Source: Spirochaetia bacterium
Lineage (GTDB): Bacteria > Spirochaetota > Spirochaetia > UBA9216
DNA length: 64,000 nt
Assembly (NCBI GenBank): GCA_963675665.1
Contig: OY776510.1
Span: 1,344,001-1,408,000, forward strand
Reading direction: 5' to 3'
The translations under genes were made by a program, and so were the position numbers. The notes beneath the pieces were generated by a model that worked only from the letters and a program-made list of their open reading frames with translations, was not told the origin of the DNA and searched no databases. The first letter of the stretch is position 1; each line of letters opens with the position of its first letter. Of this stretch, positions 48,806-58,505 are shown piece by piece.

Positions 48806-50335
48806 ATGGCGGTTAAGCTGATAGGAATTGATATAGGAACACAGGGGACAAAGGCTGCTCTTTTCAGTGAAGAAGGCGTAACTTTGGGCGAGGCTTTTCA
48901 GAAATCAAACCTTTTTCAGCCGGAACCCGGCGTGGTGGAGGAAGATCCCGAAGAACAGCTTGATGCCGTATGCAATACAATCAGAGAGCTGGTCAATAAA
49001 ACTTCAACCGATCCTTCCGAAATCGCCTGTATTGCAATAGACGGGCAGATGGCCGGGGTAATCGGCGTAGGTGAGGACGGCCTGAATGTAACTCCCTACG
49101 ATTCCTGGCTTGATACCCGTTGCGCCCCCTATATCAAGCAGCTGAAAGCTGAAGCCGCAGAAGATATACTTAATAAAACCGGCTGTGCTCCCAGCTTTAA
49201 CCACGGTCCGAAAAAGATCTGGTGGAAAAAAGAACGCCCCGAAATTTATAAAAAAATTAAAGCCTTTGTTCAGCCGGGAGGCTACGCAGCCATGCGGTTA
49301 TGCGGGCTTAGCGGAGATAAAGCTTTTATAGATGTTACCTATCTGCATTTCTCGGGTTTTGCGGATAACCGGAATTCAAAATGGGATGAAGATTTATGCA
49401 GACGTTTCGGGGTAGACATCGCAAAGCTTCCGAGAATTCTTCGTCCTGAAGAAATAGTAGGCAAGCTTGTCCCCGAAATGGCAACACGCACCGGACTTAA
49501 GGCAGGTACTCCGATTGCCGCAGGATGCGGTGATACTGCAGCAAGTTTTCTGTCCTGTGGAGCTGCAACCGAGGGTGTTTGTGTAGATGTTGCCGGAACT
49601 GCAAGCGTATATGCTTCAACAACCGCCGAATTCCAGGCTGACAGGAAACTCGTTCTCGGGTGCGGACAGTCGGCGGTTCCCGGAATGTGGCACCCGTATG
49701 CCTATATAAACGGCGGCGGAATGAACCTTGAATGGTTCAGAAAGGACATTGGAATGATGCTTCATCCTGATCAGGCTGCTGCGCACATCGAACTTGATTT
49801 CGGCAAACTGAATGAACTTGCCTCCGCTGTAGACCCCCGTGTAGACGACCCCCTGTTTGTTCCGCACCTGGCAGGACGGAACTCTCCTGCACAGCCGGAT
49901 CTTCGCGGGGCCTGGGCAGGACTTAACTGGAACCACAATGCCGGACACCTGTTTCGGGCCGTCTGTGAGGGCGTAGCGCTCGAATACCGGATATACCAGG
50001 AGACGACAATAGAGATGTACGACGACTTCACGCCGATGGAAATCCGGATAACCGGCGGCGGCGGCAAGAGTAGAATATGGAACCAGATTAAGGCTGATGT
50101 GCTGCAGATACCGGTTATCCCGGTTGATCGTCAGGAAGGCGCGCCGCTCGGTTCCGCTCTTGTCGCAGGCATGGCCGCCGGTGTTTTCAGCGATATAAAG
50201 ACAGCCGCTGATAAATGGATCAAAAAGGGCTCTTCAACCGAACCGTCCGCAGCTATGGCGGATCATTATAAAAACCGCGCAAAACGCTATGAATCGCTGA
50301 TGGAAGCTCTTAACGGGTGGGCCGAAGCCCTGTAG
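48806..50335 (+). CDS. FGGY carbohydrate kinase (xylulokinase-like)
   Basis: GIDIGTQGTK, DGQMAG, WLDTR, GCGD, TGGG; start ATG 48806 behind AGGAG. Confidence 0.9.
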   Translation: MAVKLIGIDIGTQGTKAALFSEEGVTLGEAFQKSNLFQPEPGVVEEDPEEQLDAVCNTIRELVNKTSTDPSEIACIAIDGQMAGVIGVGEDGLNVTPYDSWLDTRCAPYIKQLKAEAAEDILNKTGCAPSFNHGPKKIWWKKERPEIYKKIKAFVQPGGYAAMRLCGLSGDKAFIDVTYLHFSGFADNRNSKWDEDLCRRFGVDIAKLPRILRPEEIVGKLVPEMATRTGLKAGTPIAAGCGDTAASFLSCGAATEGVCVDVAGTASVYASTTAEFQADRKLVLGCGQSAVPGMWHPYAYINGGGMNLEWFRKDIGMMLHPDQAAAHIELDFGKLNELASAVDPRVDDPLFVPHLAGRNSPAQPDLRGAWAGLNWNHNAGHLFRAVCEGVALEYRIYQETTIEMYDDFTPMEIRITGGGGKSRIWNQIKADVLQIPVIPVDRQEGAPLGSALVAGMAAGVFSDIKTAADKWIKKGSSTEPSAAMADHYKNRAKRYESLMEALNGWAEAL

Positions 50336-50644
50336 ACCAGGTTTTTACAAATAATCTGATTTTTTCCTGTTGTATTCTCTTTGTTCCATGAAAATATCAA
50401 CAGGCATTATTATTCTGCACAGTAATATCGTTCCCGACTCTTTATGACCTCAGAGACACTCTTTCCATATGCATCCGGATTCTTTCGAATTTCGCCTGCT
50501 TTAGTAAGTTACCGGATACAGGCAACTGTTATTTTTCTGTTCATTTTTAACATTCTGGTATTGATTGATATGTCTTCAATATAGCTGTAATATGGTTATG
50601 TTAACAGATTTCCCCGTGAAACAAATTGGGAGGGTTTGTCGCAG

Positions 50645-50932
50645 ATGAATAAAAGCGGCACAGGTTTGGAGATTTTCATTTCTTTTGTTGAATTGTTAAA
50701 CGGGAAAAGCAATAATGAGGTTTCAATTCAGAATATTGCGGATTATGCTGGAATTCACAGGGCAACGTGGTCTTTGCTGATCAGATAACTGCTGATATCG
50801 GTAATAAAAATGATATCGGCTTCCCTGACTGCCATGACGGAATATCTTCTGGAAAAGGATCTTTCAGTTGACAGGGCGGTTTCGGTTTATAAAAAGTTCA
50901 TTTTTAACGCAGCCGGACCTTTTCTGGATTAG
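50645..50932 (+). pseudogene. Degraded TetR family regulator
   Basis: ATG 50645 gives ..SFVELLNGKS..VSIQNIADYAGIHRAT (TetR HTH), stop at 50786-50788, then an in-frame helical tail to TAG 50932. Confidence 0.55.
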
Positions 50933-50946
50933 GATCGGGGGAATTA

Positions 50947-52122
50947 TTGGAGTACTTAATCAACAGCCGTAATATGAAGAGACTTGACTACATTCTTGTA
51001 AAACCGGCAGGGTCCGCCTGCAATCTGGCCTGCGCCTACTGTTTTTACCATGACAATAAAGAGAGCCGCGGTATAAAAAGAATGTCGTCGTCTGTGCTTC
51101 GTGAAATGATTAAACAGTGCCTTTCCGGAAGCGGTGAGGCTTCGGCTGATGAGAATTTTGTTTTCTGCTGGCAGGGCGGCGAGCCCACGCTTGCAGGCCT
51201 TGATTTCTATAAAGAGGTTATTGAACTTCAGAAAGAATACGGAAAAGGGAAAATTATCGGAAATGCTATCCAGACTAACGGACAGCTAATCAATGAAGAC
51301 TGGGTTGCGTTCTTTAAAAAATACCGTTTTATGGTAGGTTTGTCGCTGGACGGACCGGAAGATATTCATAATGAATACAGGACTGATCGAAAAGGCAGAG
51401 GCGCCTGGTTCCGGACGGAAGCGACAGCAAGGGAGCTTCTTTCACAGGGCATAGCTGTTAACTCAATGACTGTTGTTAATAACGTAACAGCGGAACATCC
51501 AGGGTTGATTTACGGTTATCTTAAAGACCTGGGTTTCAGGTGGATGCAGTTTATGCCGTGTCTTGAAGCCGGAAATGAAGGGATCGGAAAAGACCGGTCG
51601 GACGGGGCCTGTGTTCCTGCACACTTTTCGGTAAGCCCCGACGCCTACGGCAGTTTTCTCTGTACTTTATTCGACTGCTGGACAGCTGATTTTCACGGAA
51701 GCAGGGCTGCGGTTTCGATCAGGTTGTTTGATTCCGTTGCCGCAGTTTATGCCGGGCTGCCCGCAACTCAGTGTACCAACCGGTTTGAGTGCGGCGATTA
51801 TGTTGTTGTCGAGGCTGACGGCTCAGTTTACAGCTGTGATTTTTTTGTTGAAGAAAACTGGCGGCTTGGTAATCTGACGGAAACGCCGCTTCCGAAGCTG
51901 TTGAATTCCGAAACACAGAAGCGTTTCGGCAGGCAAAAAGCCGAACTTGTTCCCGGTTGCAGTGAATGCAGATGGCTGAAATTCTGCCGCGGCGGCTGTT
52001 TAAAAGACAGGATGCGTCTCAATGCCGGAAACGGGCAGAATTATTTCTGCCCGTCATACATGACGTTTTTTGAATATGCTGACAGGCGCTTCCGGGAAAT
52101 TGCCGAATGTATAAAAGCCTGA
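50947..52122 (+). CDS. Anaerobic sulfatase maturase (radical SAM/SPASM)
   Basis: VKPAGSACNLACAYC, WQGGEP, QTNG, SLDGP, YSCD, CSECRW..CRGGC.KDR, YFC. Confidence 0.92.
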   Translation: MEYLINSRNMKRLDYILVKPAGSACNLACAYCFYHDNKESRGIKRMSSSVLREMIKQCLSGSGEASADENFVFCWQGGEPTLAGLDFYKEVIELQKEYGKGKIIGNAIQTNGQLINEDWVAFFKKYRFMVGLSLDGPEDIHNEYRTDRKGRGAWFRTEATARELLSQGIAVNSMTVVNNVTAEHPGLIYGYLKDLGFRWMQFMPCLEAGNEGIGKDRSDGACVPAHFSVSPDAYGSFLCTLFDCWTADFHGSRAAVSIRLFDSVAAVYAGLPATQCTNRFECGDYVVVEADGSVYSCDFFVEENWRLGNLTETPLPKLLNSETQKRFGRQKAELVPGCSECRWLKFCRGGCLKDRMRLNAGNGQNYFCPSYMTFFEYADRRFREIAECIKA

Positions 52123-52141
52123 AACCACAGTAAAACGTCGG

Positions 52142-53530
52142 TTACCAGGTTTCAATATAGCCGGTTTCGTTTTTTACCCTTTCAAGTTCCGATTTCAGCA
52201 TGGGAAGCAGTTTTTTACCTTCGCCCGAACCGTACAGATCGTTATATTGCTTCGGATCGTTCAGTAAATCATAAATTTCCGGTTTTCTCCGGTTATTTTG
52301 ATAGGTGATGTATATGTAACGATCGGTTCTGACGGCAGCAATTCCAGGAATCGGTATCGGAAATACCGGGTAATGTTCATAAAGCCATGCAGTGCGTGTT
52401 TTTGCGGGTTTATTCTGCAATATCGGTAATACACTGACTCCCTGCATATTCTCCGGGACCGGAAGACCGGCAAGTTCAAGCAACGTCGGGGCCAGATCAA
52501 TGTTCAGCAGCATCTGTTCTTCCCGTCTTCCGGGGTTCTCGATGATTCCGGGCCCCCAGGCAAAGAACGGTATTTTTATGGATTCTTCGTATGCGGAACG
52601 TTTGTCGTAAAGACCGTGCTCTCCGAAATAATGACCATTGTCTCCGGCATAGACGACAAGGGTGTTCCGGTCGAGCCCGCTTTGTTTGAGGCTTTCAATA
52701 ATCCGGCCGACCTGTTCGTCAACCGAAAGAACCGTCTCGCAGTACCGCTGGTAGAGAAACGGAAGCGGGGCAGGGGCCCCGACAAAGAGATGGTCCCGGG
52801 TGATCGGTACGAAAGGGTCCGCTTCTTCAGGAAGCTGCAGATCAATTCCTTCGTAAGTATCGCGAAGATGTTCGGGCGGTAGAAATCCGAAATGAACGGC
52901 CTTATGAGACAGGTAGAGACAGAACGGTTTTGAACGGTCCTTTTCTATGAATTCAAGGGCGAAGTCGGTCAAGTCTTCGGTAATGTATTTGCCCGGTCTT
53001 TCCTGTTCTGTTCCGTCTATTATAAGGGGACAGTCTTCGTAAACTCCCTGGCCGCCCTGAACAGTGAATGTAATAAAATGGTCAACCCCATCGACTTCCG
53101 GCACTCCCTCGCCGGGCATGTGCCATTTGCCTATAAAGGCTGTTTCATAACCGTTATCATGAAGTATTTCCAGAAAACTTGTGTTCTGTTCCTCGTCCCA
53201 GACGGTATGATTTGTAGTTACCCCGTGTTTATGAGGATATTCTCCGGTCAGGAAACTGGCCCTTGAAGGGCTGCACAACGATGTTGTACAGAACGAATTG
53301 GAAAACATGACGCCGTCTTCAACCAGCGCATCGAGATTGGGCGTTTCAATAAACGGGTGGTCCATACAGCTGAAAGCGTCCCACCGGTGATCGTCGGTCA
53401 GAATAAAGATAATGTTCGGCCGGGGTTTAAGGTTGTCGGATTCGGCCTGCTTTTCAGACGATTGGGCAAATGATATTGATGCAGTCGAGAAAAAAATTAT
53501 GACGCCCGTAATCAATTGTTTTATATTCAT
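52142..53530 (-). CDS. Cys-type sulfatase with signal peptide
   Basis: PNIIFILTDD, CSPSRASFLTG, GKWH, DNG, YEESIKIP. Confidence 0.93.
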   Translation of the reverse strand: MNIKQLITGVIIFFSTASISFAQSSEKQAESDNLKPRPNIIFILTDDHRWDAFSCMDHPFIETPNLDALVEDGVMFSNSFCTTSLCSPSRASFLTGEYPHKHGVTTNHTVWDEEQNTSFLEILHDNGYETAFIGKWHMPGEGVPEVDGVDHFITFTVQGGQGVYEDCPLIIDGTEQERPGKYITEDLTDFALEFIEKDRSKPFCLYLSHKAVHFGFLPPEHLRDTYEGIDLQLPEEADPFVPITRDHLFVGAPAPLPFLYQRYCETVLSVDEQVGRIIESLKQSGLDRNTLVVYAGDNGHYFGEHGLYDKRSAYEESIKIPFFAWGPGIIENPGRREEQMLLNIDLAPTLLELAGLPVPENMQGVSVLPILQNKPAKTRTAWLYEHYPVFPIPIPGIAAVRTDRYIYITYQNNRRKPEIYDLLNDPKQYNDLYGSGEGKKLLPMLKSELERVKNETGYIETW

Positions 53531-53542
53531 ATCTGGCTCCCG

Positions 53543-54109
53543 TTATCCGAATAATTTGAGGTATAGATTTAAAAATGTATAATAATAAAAGTGACCCAGC
53601 TCCCAGAAAAACAGCGTAAACAGCCCGCCCCCGATTACCAGCAGCACGGTTTCCTTTCTGAGAAGAACCTTTATGGCTTTGTCGCGGGTTTTTATTCTTT
53701 TTATTAATCTGCAGATTACCGATGCAATTCCGATCTCGAAAAATGCAAATACAACCGGCGCCAGCACGCAGTGATGAATCATGAGAAGAAGGACCTCCGG
53801 GATCGTGTAGATACCGAAAAAGGACGAAAGAATCATGAAAGATTTCAGAATCGGTGCGGCAGCCGCCAGCCAGAAAAGTCTTCTGAACAGGGTCTCTTTA
53901 TTGAAATTGAAGATGTAGATAATCAGCGGGGATATGTATGTGCAGATAATCATGCCGGCAAACCCGCCCCAGACAGCCAGATTGTTCAGAAAAGGATTCC
54001 TTATTTCAACAGAATTGTTATAAATCAGCGTGAATAATATCGTTCCTGTAACGGCGGCCGATGCCGGTATCCATAAATTTGCCGGAAATTTGTTTTTTGT
54101 TGTATTCAC
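53543..54109 (-). CDS. Uncharacterised membrane protein
   Basis: About five hydrophobic segments; tightly spaced within the operon. Confidence 0.7.
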   Translation of the reverse strand: MNTTKNKFPANLWIPASAAVTGTILFTLIYNNSVEIRNPFLNNLAVWGGFAGMIICTYISPLIIYIFNFNKETLFRRLFWLAAAAPILKSFMILSSFFGIYTIPEVLLLMIHHCVLAPVVFAFFEIGIASVICRLIKRIKTRDKAIKVLLRKETVLLVIGGGLFTLFFWELGHFYYYTFLNLYLKLFG

Positions 54110-54119
54110 ACGCTTTTCC

Positions 54120-54926
54120 TTACGGGTAAATATAACCGGGCTTCGGCGGAAGCGAATTATAAACCCGTTCTATTTTCAACCTGCCGGTTTTGCCGAAAGG
54201 AGTAAATCCAAAACCTCCGAAAGTTCCTTTAACAAGGGTGCCGACCATCTCAAGATTCAAACCGTTGACGGCAACAGCCGTATTTTTCTTAAGCCCGGCT
54301 GCACTTGAAGCGTAAGGTTTTGCAGGAATTACTATTGTCTCCGAGTCGGAAGCCTGAGCTTCGATTACAGGAAGAATATGCGGAAATTGATCGTCGCCTG
54401 TCCATGATATAAACTTGAGCGTCTGGAGCCCCTTCATGAGTTTTTCAGCCCAGGGTTTCATAACCTGGTTTCCAGTTTTTGGACCGTACAGGTTTCTGGC
54501 AAGTAAATTCAGAACCGCCCTAAAAACCACAGGTCCCATTCTGAGGTTTTCGCCTTCGGATATATCAATCAGATCGAAATAATGGACGGTATGCACCCCG
54601 AAATAGGTGTTGTAACGAAAAAGCGGTTTTTGATTGTACATATCGAATTCTTCGCCCTCATTCCGGCAGTGGGTCCAGCGGGCTGTTCCTGTCCAGAACA
54701 TCTTGTCGAGAGTCATAATCAGGAACCCGACATTTGGCCGGGTCTTCACATGTTCCTTGCTTAAACCTTCGGTAAACTGACCCATTACCAGCTGCTGCGG
54801 AGCAGAGGCCTGCAGGCTGGAAAGCATGGTTATATGCGGAGCGCCGTTGTCGTCGATTGTTGCCAGAAGCCCCACCTTGTATGTTGATTGAAACCGCTCA
54901 ATCATGTCGTCCGTCATTTTCTTCAT
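54120..54926 (-). CDS. Pyridoxamine 5'-phosphate oxidase-like (flavin split-barrel) protein with two tandem domains
   Basis: LLATIDDNGAPHIT and a second copy FISWTGDDQFPHIL. Confidence 0.7.
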   Translation of the reverse strand: MKKMTDDMIERFQSTYKVGLLATIDDNGAPHITMLSSLQASAPQQLVMGQFTEGLSKEHVKTRPNVGFLIMTLDKMFWTGTARWTHCRNEGEEFDMYNQKPLFRYNTYFGVHTVHYFDLIDISEGENLRMGPVVFRAVLNLLARNLYGPKTGNQVMKPWAEKLMKGLQTLKFISWTGDDQFPHILPVIEAQASDSETIVIPAKPYASSAAGLKKNTAVAVNGLNLEMVGTLVKGTFGGFGFTPFGKTGRLKIERVYNSLPPKPGYIYP

Positions 54927-54946
54927 GTCGTTCCTCCTTTCTTTTT

Positions 54947-55924
54947 CTACGCAGTCATTCCGGTTGCATATACCCGGTTTTCCGGCAGACCCGCCGAGAG
55001 CGCAATCTTGCGCAGGATGTTCATTTTGCCGGCAGTCTGAAGTTCTGCATCTTTATATTTCCAGTCCTTTCCGAACCGGCTGTACTTGGCCGTGCACAGG
55101 TTGTTGAAAGCGCACATTTCCCATCGTTCAACCGCAGGGCCCAGTTCGGAACGTATAAATTCCGCAATTGCCCAGATGTTTTCATCGGAATCGGTCGCGC
55201 CGGGAATTACCGGGGTTCTTATCCACAGACGGTGCTGTTCAGGATATGTGCGGATGCAGGATGCCAGGCGCTTTATATTCTCAAGAATCAGGCTGTTGTC
55301 CGCCCCCGTATGCTTTTTATGCTCGGCCGGATCGATGATTTTAATGTCGTAAAGGAATAGGTCCGTGTAAGGCAGAACAGCTTCAAACGCCGTCCACGGG
55401 CACAGCCCGCAGGTATCGACTGCCGTGCCGATGCCTTCTTTTTTCAGCAGGCGAAGCACGGCGGCCGTGAACTCAGGCTGAAACAGCGCCTCACCGCCTG
55501 AAATCGTGACGCCCCCTTCCTTGCCGAAGAATGCCCTGTCTTTAATCAGTTCAGCCGTCAAAGTCTCGCTGGTATAACGATTGCCTTTAGTCTGCATTGC
55601 CAGGGCCGGGCAGTTGGTACAGCATTCAAGGCATCCATTGCATCGTTCCAGATTCCTGACAATCCCGTCCGGTCCCATACTTAAGGCGCCGGCGCCGCAG
55701 TTGTTAATGCACTCGCCGCAGCCCATACAGCGGTCCGGGAAATATTCGATCTCAATATCAGGCGATATGCTTTCGGGATTGTGACACCATTCGCAGCGCA
55801 GCGGGCAGCCCTTTAGAAAAGCGGTCGTGCGCAGCCCGGGTCCGTCTTCGGTCGACATCCGCTGGATATCCAGGACCAGACCTTCACCGGCCGATTTGCT
55901 GCTGTTTTCGAGGTTAATATTCAA
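54947..55924 (-). CDS. Glycyl-radical enzyme activating protein (radical SAM with ferredoxin insert)
   Basis: DGPGLRTT.FLKGCPLRCEWCHNPES, two CxxCxxC motifs, GGVTISGGE, VDTCG. Confidence 0.95.
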   Translation of the reverse strand: MNINLENSSKSAGEGLVLDIQRMSTEDGPGLRTTAFLKGCPLRCEWCHNPESISPDIEIEYFPDRCMGCGECINNCGAGALSMGPDGIVRNLERCNGCLECCTNCPALAMQTKGNRYTSETLTAELIKDRAFFGKEGGVTISGGEALFQPEFTAAVLRLLKKEGIGTAVDTCGLCPWTAFEAVLPYTDLFLYDIKIIDPAEHKKHTGADNSLILENIKRLASCIRTYPEQHRLWIRTPVIPGATDSDENIWAIAEFIRSELGPAVERWEMCAFNNLCTAKYSRFGKDWKYKDAELQTAGKMNILRKIALSAGLPENRVYATGMTA

Positions 55925-55925
55925 G

Positions 55926-58439
55926 TTACATCTCCCTGTGGCTTTCGCGTGCTATTATCTCGTCCTGCAGTTCACGGCCGATTGAGCTGAAGTAGGCGTT
56001 GTAGCCGGTTACTCTTACAAGCAGGTTCGGAAAATCTTTCGGGTGCTTTTGGGCTTCCTTAAGCATTTCAGCGTCAAGCAGGTTGACCTGAAGGGCTGTT
56101 CCGCCGTTTTCGGTGTAGCCGCGCAAAAAGGCCTTGAATTTTTCCTTAGCCGCCGGGTTTCTCAGCAGCGAGGTATTGAAAGTTATAGTATGGCTTGCGC
56201 CGTTCGGAAGGCTGTTGAGGTATCCGGCAAAATCACCGCCTTCGCCGACGGCCTTCCCTCCCAGCGCCTTGCCGACCGAGTTGCTGTTTGCAGTAGGCCC
56301 GTTGATGTCGGCGCCGTTGCTCGGGCAGATTGCGTTGGAAAGGAACTGTCCCTTTTTCCGGCCGTCGGGGCTGGCAGGCAGAATAAACCCGTCGCCCACC
56401 CAGTAGTTCCAGCTGAGCATGCCGGGGCGGTAGATTGCGTTTGTAGCGGTGGTCCGGTATTTCCATACCTCAGACGTCCAGTTGTCCATTACGGCAAGCG
56501 CAAGCGCGTCGGCATCGTCATCGTCGCGCCCGTATTTCGGGGCCTGGTTTTTCGCGCGGGCCTGCAGCACTTCATGACCTTCCCAGTTGTCCCTGAGCGC
56601 TTCGGCAAGCTGCTCAAGAGAGCAGATTTTTTGATCATAAACAAGATATTTCACTGCAAGCAGGGAATCGACTGTTGTCGCATAGGTTACTGCTTCAATT
56701 GTAACGAAATTAAGTTCAGCGCCGCCCCGTGTTACATCGGTCGCCTTGTCCGCGCAGCCTTTCACCAGCAGCGACAGGTAAGGCGTCGGGCTGAAATCGG
56801 CCCTCAGGGTCTCACTTTTTTCATAGACATCGACCATTTTCTTTATTATATAGCGGGTCTGGACAACATACGCGTTCCAGAACTTGTCCCAGCTGTCAAG
56901 ATCGGAAAGCGCTCCGGTTTCAGGCCCGTCCTGTTTAATCTTTTCTGATTTGCCAGTCATTTCATCTGTATGCGGAAGCAGATCGCGCCCGTTGCCGAAG
57001 ACCAGCTCAACAGCTTTTAAAAGATTAAGATTGCAGTTTACGGTATTTGACCGGTCGTTGCCGACCATGGTGTTCTCAAGACATCCTACTGACGCATAGT
57101 CAAAAACGTTGTCTTCGTTAATAAAATTCTGAACGCCCGCCTCTTCCGCTTCGCGCAACATTCCCGCCATGGAACGTTCGTCGAAATTAAGCAGAAACGG
57201 GGCCCCCTGGCTGCTTAATATCATGTCCGTGACCCTGTCCAGCAGTTCTTCCGGGGAATTCCGGTGCAGCCTGACGTTCGGTTTAGGTTCGAGAATGGGG
57301 CTCATTTCGTCTATAACTTCTAGAAGCAGCCATGTTGTATCGTTAGTCATGTCTACCCCGTTCTTTCCCATTCCCGACAGGTTAAAAAGCTGTCCGAACC
57401 CCGCGGTGATTCCCTGGTTTGCGCCGACCCTGATTTGAGCGTCGTAAACTGTATTGCAGTGGAACCAGAAACAGCCGAGGATCTCTTTCATGAAATCACG
57501 ATCAACACCCGCGCTGATGGAATTCCGGTAATAGGGATCAAGAATCTGATCAAGACGGCCGAACGACAGCCCCGGACCGGGATAGTTTTCATCCGACATT
57601 ATCAGCATATGGGTCATCCAAAGCGACTGAACCGCCTCATGAAATGTTTCGGCGCCCTGCCACGGTACCTTTTCCGAGATCCTTGCCATCTCAAGCAGTT
57701 CCGCCCGTCGGGTTTCGTCCTTTTCAAGCGCAGCTTCTTTCCTGCAGAGCCATGAATACCTCGCCGCCACTTCCTTCGGAATAGTGCATGCTGTTTTCAT
57801 TGCGTTAAGCTGGGCCCCCTTTTCTCCGTCGCGGTCCTTTCGGCTCAGTTTCATAATTTTATTTTCAAGTTCGGCATAAAGCGAGCTGAATCCGTTCTTG
57901 AGGATGGGTGCGTAATCAGGTATCAGGTGTCCGCTGGTTGCCCCTGCATTGCCGTACCCGTGATTGTGAAACCAGATGAGGGCGGACCTTGCGCCGTTTT
58001 TGCCGTACATTTGTTTATCCCGCTGTTTAGCCTCGGATTTTGTCCAGCAGCCGGAAGTAAACAGGTTGAAATTCGAGCCGCATAAAAGGTCCCCGGGAAG
58101 AATGATCTTTTGCATGTGTTTGACCATTACTTCTTTAAGAAAGAATGAGCGACGTTCGGCTATGGACATTTTATAAAAGCCTTTATCCATCGGTATATCC
58201 TTTGCGGCCTGGTAGACAGATGCCCGGAATGTTCCGTGAAAAGCATATGTTTCGGGGACAATAAGAAAACTGTTCTCATCGTAAACAATATCCCAGGGGG
58301 TGCCGGTTGAATAACAGGCGGATTCATTATTCCAGTTTCGTTTAACTCCCTGAAAATAATAGTCCCTGAGAAATTTTACCCTCGGCGACAGTTCTCCCGG
58401 TTCCTTGATATTGAATTTTTGCTGAGCTGATTCCGACAT
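55926..58439 (-). CDS. Glycyl radical enzyme (PFL2/eliminase-like), substrate unknown
   Basis: SFGRLDQ, Cys loop VGCLE, PKYG.D, DGR, Gly loop LLVRVTGY; start ATG 58439 behind GGAGGA. Confidence 0.93.
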   Translation of the reverse strand: MSESAQQKFNIKEPGELSPRVKFLRDYYFQGVKRNWNNESACYSTGTPWDIVYDENSFLIVPETYAFHGTFRASVYQAAKDIPMDKGFYKMSIAERRSFFLKEVMVKHMQKIILPGDLLCGSNFNLFTSGCWTKSEAKQRDKQMYGKNGARSALIWFHNHGYGNAGATSGHLIPDYAPILKNGFSSLYAELENKIMKLSRKDRDGEKGAQLNAMKTACTIPKEVAARYSWLCRKEAALEKDETRRAELLEMARISEKVPWQGAETFHEAVQSLWMTHMLIMSDENYPGPGLSFGRLDQILDPYYRNSISAGVDRDFMKEILGCFWFHCNTVYDAQIRVGANQGITAGFGQLFNLSGMGKNGVDMTNDTTWLLLEVIDEMSPILEPKPNVRLHRNSPEELLDRVTDMILSSQGAPFLLNFDERSMAGMLREAEEAGVQNFINEDNVFDYASVGCLENTMVGNDRSNTVNCNLNLLKAVELVFGNGRDLLPHTDEMTGKSEKIKQDGPETGALSDLDSWDKFWNAYVVQTRYIIKKMVDVYEKSETLRADFSPTPYLSLLVKGCADKATDVTRGGAELNFVTIEAVTYATTVDSLLAVKYLVYDQKICSLEQLAEALRDNWEGHEVLQARAKNQAPKYGRDDDDADALALAVMDNWTSEVWKYRTTATNAIYRPGMLSWNYWVGDGFILPASPDGRKKGQFLSNAICPSNGADINGPTANSNSVGKALGGKAVGEGGDFAGYLNSLPNGASHTITFNTSLLRNPAAKEKFKAFLRGYTENGGTALQVNLLDAEMLKEAQKHPKDFPNLLVRVTGYNAYFSSIGRELQDEIIARESHREM

Positions 58440-58505
58440 ATCGTATCCTCCTGTAAATACTTTTTTAAGCAAGGGTTCGCTTTTTTATTAGCTTCACCGC
58501 AGTAA

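Noticed and set aside
50340-50544. Minus-strand fragment MNRKITVACIR* resembling a nitrilase-family N-terminus
   Set aside because: Only 11 codons with no further motif; too weak to call.
56043-56948. 301-aa plus-strand ORF
   Set aside because: Antisense shadow of the GC-rich GRE gene.
55926-58439. Calling the GRE pyruvate formate-lyase or choline TMA-lyase
   Set aside because: No Cys-Cys pair for PFL; no cut or microcompartment context and no CutC-specific residues that I could confirm.
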